Below are positions 23,563 to 31,436 of a DNA stretch of 32,000 nt, in pieces. The stretch is from NCBI RefSeq assembly GCF_009831105.1, contig NZ_WUUQ01000001.1, positions 210,001 to 242,000 of the forward strand, read 5' to 3'. Both the position numbers and the translations under genes were made by a program. This stretch comes from Copranaerobaculum intestinale. GTDB lineage: Bacteria; Bacillota_I; Bacilli_A; Erysipelotrichales; Erysipelotrichaceae. Numbering within the stretch: position 1 is the first letter of the stretch; every line of letters begins with the position of its first letter. The notes beneath the pieces are model-generated. The model was given only the letters and a program-made list of their open reading frames with translations. It was not told where the DNA came from and did no database searches.

Positions 23563-24369
23563 TCAGTTCCCAACTGAAACAATTTCCGCCTTGGGATGAT
23601 GCACACTATTGTCGATGCTCAGCATCAGACTTTTTTCACTGCCGGCATATAAATCAAGGTGATTGCCGGAAATACCGCCGCCGCGATCCAAAACCATCGC
23701 GTAAAACGGCTGACCGGGAGTAATGCCCCAGCCGCTATATCCGTGATCAGTAATTTTCAATACTGTTCCGATCGGAATATTTTTATCAGCTGCCACGATG
23801 TAGTAGCCGTTGTAGGTGATGCCTTGCTTCCATGAACCATCTGGCTGCATGACACCTCTTGATGCGTCCAACTGAATACCGGTACCGGTATTGCCCCGTC
23901 CGGTGAATTGACCGCTGCATCCAACACAGTCTACACCATACATCGTAGTTTTGGCATAGAAATAGTTGCCGGCACGAATCGTACCGCCATAACGCAGTAC
24001 CGCATCCTGACTGGGAATAACTTTCTTCGCGCCGGGAATCGGCACTCGTGAAATTTCTTTTCCCAAGGCATCCTTCGTAACCCGATATGCCTGTTCTATT
24101 TTACCGGGTGTACCAGCGCTTACCTGCGTGATCACCCAAGCGAGACCGCCCTCTGTAGTCGTTGTGTCTAATATCAGACCCGGCTGCGCGTCGTTATTTG
24201 ACATAACGACATTCTCAACAGTTGTTGTGAGCGCCACCCGGTCGATGATGTTTTGGTTCGGTTTACGAACGGCAGAAGCTGTGCTGACTTCCATCTCCCG
24301 TGCGGAGATACAGCCGTTCAAAGCGAAAACAGTCATGAATAAAGCGAAGAATCTTCGTTTTAAGTTCAT
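23563..24369 (-). CDS. Lipoprotein with G5-like and 3D (MltA-like double-psi beta-barrel) domains, YabE-like cell-wall protein
   Basis: Lipobox MNLKRRFFALFMTVFALNGC. The C-terminus YYIVAADKNIPIGTVLKITDHGYSG...YAMVLDRGGGISGNHLDLY is 3D-domain-like. Its position next to rnmV matches B. subtilis yabE. Confidence 0.7.
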   Translation of the reverse strand: MNLKRRFFALFMTVFALNGCISAREMEVSTASAVRKPNQNIIDRVALTTTVENVVMSNNDAQPGLILDTTTTEGGLAWVITQVSAGTPGKIEQAYRVTKDALGKEISRVPIPGAKKVIPSQDAVLRYGGTIRAGNYFYAKTTMYGVDCVGCSGQFTGRGNTGTGIQLDASRGVMQPDGSWKQGITYNGYYIVAADKNIPIGTVLKITDHGYSGWGITPGQPFYAMVLDRGGGISGNHLDLYAGSEKSLMLSIDNSVHHPKAEIVSVGN

Positions 24370-24400
24370 TTATTTTCCTCCTTTTTCCAAAGCAATCGCT

Positions 24401-24430
24401 ATTCTAGCATACTTTGTCCTGCTTGTCCAA
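24401..24430 (-). promoter_or_regulatory. Promoter of the yabE-like gene
   Basis: Minus strand TTGGAC - 18 nt (ending TGc) - TAGAAT, followed by SD AAAGGAGG. Confidence 0.55.
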
Positions 24431-24887
24431 TTTTTTATTTTTTCACATGCAGTTATTCTGATTTTACCCACATTCCCACACATTATACTTGAACATGAAT
24501 GAATGCCCTTTCACAAAAACCCTTTAATTCAAGGATTTTCTTACAATCGTATGTTAATAACTCCCTATTTATACCATTTTAAAGCTTGTTAAAATAATCT
24601 TATATTTCACATATACTGCATGAGGTTGTCTTTCTTATTTACGATCAATATTCATAAATACCTGATAAAATAACCTTATCTTTTTTTCTGCTGTGCTTGT
24701 GAAACAGAACGGTTTTACTTTTGAAAATACACATGGCTTTTGTCATCTTCTGTCACTTTCTTTTTCGGTGCAATCATCAAATTCTGAACGCAGATTTTTT
24801 TATGATTGTAATTTCCACACCGTTCTCTATTTGTATTCCATAAACAAAAAGCGGTATGTGCATGAACAAAATAAATTTTTATCTGCA

Positions 24888-24922
24888 CAAAGAAAGACAG
24901 GCATAAAAATCATGACTGCCTG
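24888..24922. terminator. Candidate terminator downstream of the opu-like operon
   Basis: CAGGCA-(13 nt)-TGCCTG hairpin with T-rich runs on both strands. The stem is weak and the loop long. Confidence 0.4.
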
Positions 24923-25022
24923 CCTTTTTCCATTCGCTTTTTCATATTCTTTCTATATAATATAGTGCCCATTGACTATTGGAATCTTCATAACGCCTTG
25001 CGAGCTGAAAATAATTGGATTT

Positions 25023-25751
25023 TTATAAATACGATAACAGCTGACGGACAAAGGGTGTTGCCGGAGCCGCCTTGATCTGCTGCGGCGTATCGAATTGATC
25101 GATTCCGCCGTCCCGCATAACGATCACCCGTTCCCCAAGATAAAGCGCCTCGCGAATATCATGGGTGACAAACAGCATAGTGAACGGAGCTTCGCTGTGT
25201 ATGCGAAGCAATTCTTCCTGAAGTGAGTGACGAGTAATCTCATCAACTGCGCCAAACGCTTCATCCATCAAAACAACGCCCGGATCGCTAGCCAGTGCTC
25301 TGGCGATACCTACCCGCTGTTTCTGACCGCCGCTGAGCTCATCCGGAAAGCGTTTCAGCATGGCCGCATCCAAATGTACGATCTTCACCAGTTCATGCAC
25401 CCGCTGCCTGATGATATCAGATTCATATCCGCGCAAACGCAGGACATAGGAAATATTATCATAGATATTCATATGCGGAAACAGACCAATACTTTGAATC
25501 ACATAGCCGATGCTTTGCCTTAGCTTATTCATATCCTTGGTTTGAATATCCTCCTGATCGATGTAAACGCGGCCTCGATCCGGCACGATCAATCCGTTGA
25601 TCAGCTTCAGCATCGTGGTTTTACCGCTGCCGCTGCCGCCAATGACGCTTACCCGCTCACAGGATCGAATCGTCAGCGAGAGGTCATTCAATACCGGCTT
25701 CCCGTCATATTGCTTTTGTATATGTTCCAGTATGATCTCACTCATGGTCAT
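25023..25751 (-). CDS. ABC transporter ATP-binding protein (osmoprotectant/glycine betaine type)
   Basis: Walker A GGSGSGKTT, signature LSGGQKQRV, Walker B VVLMDEAF. It overlaps the upstream permease stop. ATG 25745 is an alternative start with better SD spacing. Confidence 0.85.
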   Translation of the reverse strand: MTMSEIILEHIQKQYDGKPVLNDLSLTIRSCERVSVIGGSGSGKTTMLKLINGLIVPDRGRVYIDQEDIQTKDMNKLRQSIGYVIQSIGLFPHMNIYDNISYVLRLRGYESDIIRQRVHELVKIVHLDAAMLKRFPDELSGGQKQRVGIARALASDPGVVLMDEAFGAVDEITRHSLQEELLRIHSEAPFTMLFVTHDIREALYLGERVIVMRDGGIDQFDTPQQIKAAPATPFVRQLLSYL

Positions 25752-27291
25752 TCACCTCCAGCAGTCCTTTTTGAATCAGGAAGGTTTGCGCTACATCCCT
25801 TTCATCCTTCTTCTCACTTTCCACTTGATGATTCATCTCTGCCATTTCCGATTCGCTGATAATCCCGTCAAGCAGTTTCAGCACACGTTTCAGCTCCGGA
25901 TATTTTTTCATGGTTTCACTGCGGATAACCGTACCAGCATAGTATGATTGGAAAAAATGATGGTCATCCTTCAGCAATACCACATTGGGATCACTTAAAT
26001 GACCATCTGTGGTAAACGCTATGATAACATCAACCTCTCCCTTCTTCAGGGCATCATATTTCAGTCCAATATCCAAGTCCGATGTTTTTTGAAAGTGAAA
26101 ATCGTTTGCTTTTACCATAGCATCATAGCCGTCATCCCGCTCATAGAAATCATATTCACCGCCAAAGGATAGCTTATCGGATACTGTCGCAAGATCGGAA
26201 TAGGTTTTTAACTGATACTTTTCCGCAAGCTCTTTTGAGACTGCCAGTCCATATGTATTGTTGAAACCATAGAGTCCCAACCATTCCAGCTGATATGCTT
26301 TTGGATATTTCTTTTTCAGCTTTTGATACAGCGTCTGATCATTGGGGATGGTTTTTTCTTTTAATACAAAGCTCCAGGAAGTACCTGTATATTCCGGATA
26401 GATATCAAAGTCTCCCTTTACCATTGCCGGATGGATATTACTGGTGCCGCCCCCCACACCCTTGGTCATAACCACTTCAATATCGGTGCGGTCCTCAATC
26501 AGCAGCTTCATCATTTCACCGATGATAAATTCCTCGGTCATCGGTTTGGTCGCGATATGGACAGTTTTTTTATGTGAAGGAGTGTAAAACAGACTTGTCG
26601 AAAACAGTAAAAAGACCGCAGCGACAGCAGTTAGTACCGCCCGCTTACGCTTCGCATTAGCTCGCCGATTCATCATATACCGTTCCAACAGCCCGATTAA
26701 AATATCAGCCAAAAAGGCCAACAATGCCACCGCGAGACTTCCGGCCACAGTCATGGTGATGTTGTTGGTTGTAATTCCGCGATAAATCACGACCCCAAGA
26801 CCGCCAGCCCCGATAAAAGAGGCAATTCCTGCTAATGCTATGGTCATAACCGTCATATTTTTGAATCCGGACATGATCACCGGCATAGCTAACGGCAGCT
26901 TGATTCTGGTTAGGATCTGCCGGTTGGTGCTGCCCATTCCGCGGGCTGCTTCTATAACATCCTTATCAACATTTTCCAAGCCGGTATAGGTGCTTCGGAT
27001 AATGGGAAGCAATGCATAAATACTAAGAGCAATAATTGCACTTTTATTTCCAATTCCGCTGAGCGGGATAAGAAAACCCAGCATTGAAATAGAGGGAATC
27101 GTATACAAAAAACTCACGATTCCCAAAATGATTGGTGACAGCCGTTTTTTCTCATGAATAAAAATTCCGAGGGATACCCCGATCAATGTTGCGATGATAA
27201 TCGCAATAACCGAAATCTGAAGATGTTCACATATTAAAGGGTACAGAAAGTCAAAGCGCTCGGTATAAAATTTCAGAAGATCATCTAACAT
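25738..27291 (-). CDS. Fused ABC permease / substrate-binding protein (OpuC/BusAB-like)
   Basis: 517 aa. The N-terminal part has about six TM helices with an EAA-like loop (VIEAARGMGSTNRQILTRIKLPLAMP). After a further TM helix comes a periplasmic-binding-protein-like domain (...GGTSNIHPAMVKGDFDIYPEYTGT...). Confidence 0.8.
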   Translation of the reverse strand: MLDDLLKFYTERFDFLYPLICEHLQISVIAIIIATLIGVSLGIFIHEKKRLSPIILGIVSFLYTIPSISMLGFLIPLSGIGNKSAIIALSIYALLPIIRSTYTGLENVDKDVIEAARGMGSTNRQILTRIKLPLAMPVIMSGFKNMTVMTIALAGIASFIGAGGLGVVIYRGITTNNITMTVAGSLAVALLAFLADILIGLLERYMMNRRANAKRKRAVLTAVAAVFLLFSTSLFYTPSHKKTVHIATKPMTEEFIIGEMMKLLIEDRTDIEVVMTKGVGGGTSNIHPAMVKGDFDIYPEYTGTSWSFVLKEKTIPNDQTLYQKLKKKYPKAYQLEWLGLYGFNNTYGLAVSKELAEKYQLKTYSDLATVSDKLSFGGEYDFYERDDGYDAMVKANDFHFQKTSDLDIGLKYDALKKGEVDVIIAFTTDGHLSDPNVVLLKDDHHFFQSYYAGTVIRSETMKKYPELKRVLKLLDGIISESEMAEMNHQVESEKKDERDVAQTFLIQKGLLEVNDHE

Positions 27292-27370
27292 GATGATTCC
27301 CTCGCTTTCTTATATAGTATGTAATGCTTGTCAGCGATCGAGAGTTTGGTTTTCTCATCCTATGTTCTAA

Positions 27371-28291
27371 TTAACTTTCCTTATTGATAAAATAATCTTC
27401 AATATATTTGGTGCAGACTGCACCATCACTCGCCGCTGTTACGATTTGACGAAGTGCTTTTGTCCGAACATCGCCGATCGCAAATACTCCTTCAATATTG
27501 GTGCGGGTAGATTCATCGGCAATGATATAACCACTCTTATCAAGTGTCAGCTGTGTTTTAAACAGCTCCGTATCCGGTACTCTGCCAATCGCTACAAACA
27601 CACCGTCACAAGCAATTTCCTGAACTTCATCAGTTAGCAAATTTTTTACTTTTATCCCGGTAACCTTCTTATCCGCAATGATTTCTGAAATTTTGCTGTC
27701 CCAAATGAATGAAATATTGCTTTCATATAGCTGTTTTTCATAAATGCGGGAAGCGCGCAGCTCATGGCGGCGATGAATCAATGTAACCGAATGACAGATC
27801 TTCGATAAAAACAAGGCGTCCGCGACCGCGCTGTTTCCGCCGCCGACAATCACAACATCCTTACCTTTATATAGCATTCCATCGCAGGTTGCACAATATG
27901 CAATGCCCCGACCGCGATAGCTGGCTTCATTCGCAACGCCCAATTCCCGAGGATGTGCTCCCGTCGCAATGACGATCGTTTCTCCATAATAGGTACTTTC
28001 ACTTGTTTTCACCTGTTTTGGTTCCGCTTTTAAATCTACCGCCTCCACCGTGTCATAAACGGTTTCTGCACCGAATTTTTCAGCACCGGCCTGCATTTTT
28101 TCCGCCAGATCAAAGCCGTCAATTCCATCATCAAATCCCGGATAGTTTTCCACTATGCCGGTGGTCGCCATCTGACCGCCCGCTGATAATTTCTCAATGA
28201 TCAGCACGGAACGAGCATTACGTGCCGCATACAGCGCCGCGCTGTAGCCTGCCGGACCGCCGCCGATAATAATTACATCATATGTGTTCAT
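27371..28291 (-). CDS. trxB: Thioredoxin-disulfide reductase
   Basis: IIIGGGPAGYSAALYAAR, redox-active CATCDG, and GGGNSAVADALFL NADPH motif. Confidence 0.95.
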   Translation of the reverse strand: MNTYDVIIIGGGPAGYSAALYAARNARSVLIIEKLSAGGQMATTGIVENYPGFDDGIDGFDLAEKMQAGAEKFGAETVYDTVEAVDLKAEPKQVKTSESTYYGETIVIATGAHPRELGVANEASYRGRGIAYCATCDGMLYKGKDVVIVGGGNSAVADALFLSKICHSVTLIHRRHELRASRIYEKQLYESNISFIWDSKISEIIADKKVTGIKVKNLLTDEVQEIACDGVFVAIGRVPDTELFKTQLTLDKSGYIIADESTRTNIEGVFAIGDVRTKALRQIVTAASDGAVCTKYIEDYFINKES

Positions 28292-28306
28292 GTCTGAACT
28301 CCCTTC

Positions 28307-28627
28307 TTAAAGCAGGTTTTCTTCTTTCAGCCAGTCAATGATCAACGTTTTTGCCTGTGGAGCAATCAGCAGCTTTCCGGCCTTTCCTTGTCTCATCACA
28401 ACGAGCGTCGGTATCGTTTCAATACCATATTCTTCCGCCAGTGCTTCAAAATCATCAATATTTACCTGTAAAATATCCAAATCCTTTTCATAGGTCTGTG
28501 CCAGCTGTTTCAAGACCGGCGCCAAACGCTTACAATATCCGCACCAAGGCGCCCAGAATTCTACAACAACTGCAGCACTTTCTGTTACCTCATTCACATT
28601 GTCTTTTGTTACCGTAATCAAACTCAT
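28307..28627 (-). CDS. trxA: Thioredoxin
   Basis: 106 aa. WAPWCGYCK active site. SD AAGGAGGA. Confidence 0.9.
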   Translation of the reverse strand: MSLITVTKDNVNEVTESAAVVVEFWAPWCGYCKRLAPVLKQLAQTYEKDLDILQVNIDDFEALAEEYGIETIPTLVVMRQGKAGKLLIAPQAKTLIIDWLKEENLL

Positions 28628-28650
28628 ATCATTTCCTCCTTGTCTGATTT

Positions 28651-29301
28651 TCAGCAGTGTCCTTCAAGATACATCTGCTCGATATCTTTATATTGCTGCG
28701 CTTCTGCTTCACTTAGGAAAATCCGGCGGTGAAGCTGATCACCGCTCAAAATATGATTTCCACCGCATCCGCCATAGCCTTCGATACTAAAGGTATAGGA
28801 ATCCTTAGTCTTATGAAGATCAATGACCTTACCCTTTAGTACATAGCCGCTGACCAAAAAATAAACCTCAGTGCCCTCTTCCAGCATAGTATTCACCTCT
28901 TTTGTATTTACTGCATGATGCACAATGTCCGCCAGGCTCTTTTGCATAGCTATCGTAACGCTATGATTTGATAAGCCATATGGCTCTGCTGCTTTTATTG
29001 GATCGTTATAGCCAATCCAAACAGCTTTCTCACGATCCTCCCACACGGCAATTCGCAGCGGCAGTTCCAGTGCAATTGCCGGATTTTCAAGCATTAGCTG
29101 AGTACCGGCTTGGGGAGAACCAAAAACGAGTACGGTGGATTTTGGCAAATCCAATCCTGCTTCCAAAGCATTTTGATGATGATCAAATTCCGCAAAGATC
29201 GTAATATCACGTTTCATGATTTCTGTTTTTAAACGATTTCGCGTCATTTCAAAGGAATCACCGCTTTTTACTTGGCAGTAAGTTGATTTATTCATGCTCA
29301 T
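28651..29301 (-). CDS. DUF302 domain protein with an extra Cys-containing C-terminal domain of about 80 aa
   Basis: FAEFDHHQNALEAGLDLPKSTVLVFGSPQAGTQLMLENPAIALELPLRIAVWED is DUF302-like. A C-terminal extension follows (...GYGGCGGNH...LEGHC). The ATG at 29301 or 29295 lies at the Rrf2 stop. Confidence 0.65.
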   Translation of the reverse strand: MSMNKSTYCQVKSGDSFEMTRNRLKTEIMKRDITIFAEFDHHQNALEAGLDLPKSTVLVFGSPQAGTQLMLENPAIALELPLRIAVWEDREKAVWIGYNDPIKAAEPYGLSNHSVTIAMQKSLADIVHHAVNTKEVNTMLEEGTEVYFLVSGYVLKGKVIDLHKTKDSYTFSIEGYGGCGGNHILSGDQLHRRIFLSEAEAQQYKDIEQMYLEGHC

Positions 29302-29728
29302 GCTTCCTGCTTTCTCGGATTGCCTCCAGCTGATCAACCACATCATGCAGGGTCATCGTTGTAAGGGTTGCTCGACAGCTTTTCTCCATATCGGCATATA
29401 CGCCGTCCATCAGTTGAGACATGCCGCTGCTGATCATACAATTCATATTCACATCACCGCTTCGCCACGAAGTATTGAACATTTGAATCGGTAAAGCATC
29501 ATAGATCATTGCCAGCGTAATTTTCTCATCCGGAAGGGAAAAGCTGTAGCCGCCGTCGATTCCTTTCCGTGTAGAGATTATTTCCGCCTTATTGAGCGCT
29601 GCCATGACCTTTCTCACCCGTACCGGATTCACACACATATTCTGCGCCAGCTCTTCACTGGATACCTGTCGCTCATGAATCTTCAAATACGCCAACGCGT
29701 GAATAGCAATCATAAAATCGCTTGACAT
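29288..29728 (-). CDS. Rrf2-family transcriptional regulator
   Basis: MSSDFMIAIHALAYLKIHERQVSSEELAQNMCVNPVRVRKVMAALNKAEIISTRKGIDGGYSF is the Rrf2 wHTH. SD AGAGGTG lies 9 nt before the ATG at 29728. Confidence 0.85.
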   Translation of the reverse strand: MSSDFMIAIHALAYLKIHERQVSSEELAQNMCVNPVRVRKVMAALNKAEIISTRKGIDGGYSFSLPDEKITLAMIYDALPIQMFNTSWRSGDVNMNCMISSGMSQLMDGVYADMEKSCRATLTTMTLHDVVDQLEAIRESRKHEHE

Positions 29729-29748
29729 TGAACACATCACCTCTTAAC

Positions 29749-29767
29749 TGTAATTATTTTTATTACA
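29749..29767. promoter_or_regulatory. Inverted repeat TGTAAT-N7-ATTACA (candidate Rrf2 operator)
   Basis: Located between the predicted -10 element and the RBS of the Rrf2 gene. The palindrome has perfect 6-bp arms. Confidence 0.4.
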
Positions 29768-29772
29768 TTTAT

Positions 29773-29801
29773 ATAGTATTCCTTTTCTCCGTCTTCGTCA
29801 A
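29773..29801 (-). promoter_or_regulatory. Promoter of the Rrf2-DUF302-trxA-trxB operon
   Basis: Minus strand TTGACG - 17 nt - TACTAT. Confidence 0.55.
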
Positions 29802-29882
29802 ACTCAATGCTTCCGGTTAATTTCTGCTTTACTAAACAAATAATAAGTCTTACAACAACATCGTTTCATTTTCACATTCAGC

Positions 29883-29913
29883 AAAAAAAGCCCTGCAAAT
29901 TATCAGCAGAGCT
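29883..29913 (-). terminator. Intrinsic terminator after the MATE gene
   Basis: Minus-strand hairpin AGCTCTGC-(9 nt)-GCAGGGCT (one G.U) followed by T7. Confidence 0.75.
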
Positions 29914-29945
29914 TCCTTTGTAAGTGGTGCGCATGAGCCTTTCAC

Positions 29946-31289
29946 CTAGATAAGCTGGCGTTTCCAGCGGCCCATACGCAGATAGATCAAACCGGCAATG
30001 ACCGAAACAGCGGTAGCCATCGGAATAGCAGCGCCGATTCCGGTAAGATCACCTTCCATCAGATGCGCAAAGAGATAGGTCAGCGGTATGCGGATAAAAA
30101 TGGATGCCGCAATGCCATTGACCATGGCGAAGAAAGTTCTTCCGCAGCCGTTGAAGAAGCCATTCATCGTAAAGCCGAACGCTACCAGTAAAAAGTCAAC
30201 ACTGAACCAGTGCAGGTATTGACTGCCCGCTGTAATCACCGATTTACTGTCGGTAAAAATCCGCATGATCGTATCCGGCGCCATACGGCCCCAGACAAAG
30301 AAGACAAAGGACGCACCAAGTGCAAATCCGATACTGATCCACATCGCTCGTTTTGCCCGCTGTGGTTTTCCGGCTCCGATATTCTGTGCCGCAACCGTGG
30401 AAATCGCTCCGGCCATCGCCGTACTGGGAAGCATCGCAAATCCTTCAAATTTTGTACAGATGCCGACTGCCGCTGCCGCGGTAACACCGAAGGTATTGAC
30501 GATCGCCGCTATGAATAAGAAGGAAACAGCAGAAATTGTTTCTTGCAGCGATACCGGTATTCCAATCTTAATCAGCTTGACTGCCTTTTCCTTCTGAATC
30601 ACAAAGCTGCGCAGACGGAAATCGAAGACAAATTCTTTCGAGCGCAGATAGGCTATTGATAAAACCAAACTGATACCCTGTGAAAGCATTGTTGCGAAAG
30701 CCGCTCCGGCCGCTCCCATGCCCATGCCTCCGACCAGCAGCAGATCAAGCACTATATTGGATATACAGGCGATACCGATAAAAAGCACCGGACTGTTTGC
30801 GTCTCCCATACCTCGCAGCACCGCGCTGACTGCATTATATCCAAAGATAAAAAAGATGCCTGCGGAACAGATATAGACATAATTTTTGGCATCTGCCATT
30901 GCCGGGCCGGGGGTCTGAATCAATTCCAGTATTTGCGGGGTAAATAAAAACATAATGATCGTAAACACAACCGCGGCCAATATGAACAGCGTAAAGGTCG
31001 TCGCTACCGTTTCTTTGACATCCTGCTCCTTGCCGGCGCCGATATATTGCGCAACCAAAACAGTGGAACCCATCGTCAGTCCGGTGATCAGTGATACCAG
31101 AAGAGCAGTTACCTGCGAACCGACCGATACTGCCGCAACACTTACATCATTGGTGAATCTCCCCACGATTGCCAGATCAACTGCTCCATATAAGATTTGA
31201 ATAAAATTCGCAATTAAAAAGGGAACTGCAAATGCTATCAGCGAGCGATACAAATTTCCCTCTGCCAGATTATTTACGGATTTTTTCAT
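29946..31289 (-). CDS. MATE-family efflux transporter
   Basis: 447 aa with about 12 TM helices. The N-terminus LAVPFLIANFIQILYGAVDLAIVGRF is typical of MATE/NorM-like proteins. SD AAGGAGG. Confidence 0.85.
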   Translation of the reverse strand: MKKSVNNLAEGNLYRSLIAFAVPFLIANFIQILYGAVDLAIVGRFTNDVSVAAVSVGSQVTALLVSLITGLTMGSTVLVAQYIGAGKEQDVKETVATTFTLFILAAVVFTIIMFLFTPQILELIQTPGPAMADAKNYVYICSAGIFFIFGYNAVSAVLRGMGDANSPVLFIGIACISNIVLDLLLVGGMGMGAAGAAFATMLSQGISLVLSIAYLRSKEFVFDFRLRSFVIQKEKAVKLIKIGIPVSLQETISAVSFLFIAAIVNTFGVTAAAAVGICTKFEGFAMLPSTAMAGAISTVAAQNIGAGKPQRAKRAMWISIGFALGASFVFFVWGRMAPDTIMRIFTDSKSVITAGSQYLHWFSVDFLLVAFGFTMNGFFNGCGRTFFAMVNGIAASIFIRIPLTYLFAHLMEGDLTGIGAAIPMATAVSVIAGLIYLRMGRWKRQLI

Positions 31290-31303
31290 ATAATCTCCTC
31301 CTT

Positions 31304-31353
31304 AAACAAAGAAAACCGGATAAGCGATTAACGTTGTTAACCATCTTATCCGG
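31304..31353 (-). terminator. Terminator-like hairpin immediately upstream of the MATE RBS (terminator of the HAD gene and/or attenuator)
   Basis: Minus-strand hairpin CCGGATAAG-(20 nt)-CTTATCCGG, a perfect 9-bp stem, followed by TTTTCTTTGTTT. This runs directly into AAGGAGG and the ATG at 31289. Confidence 0.6.
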
Positions 31354-31436
31354 TAATCCATACCTCCGATGTAAAACAGGCTCATCTCCTGTTTGTCAAT
31401 GCTCATATTAATACAAAATAGTAAGCTTGTAAAGGG

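Noticed and set aside
24370-24700. A cyclic-di-AMP (ydaO-type) riboswitch upstream of the 3D-domain cell-wall gene, as often seen for such genes.
   Set aside because: I read the minus strand of the leader and upstream region and found none of the conserved ACGGGGA / CCCGAA-type elements I remember. The leader after the predicted promoter is only about 30 nt.
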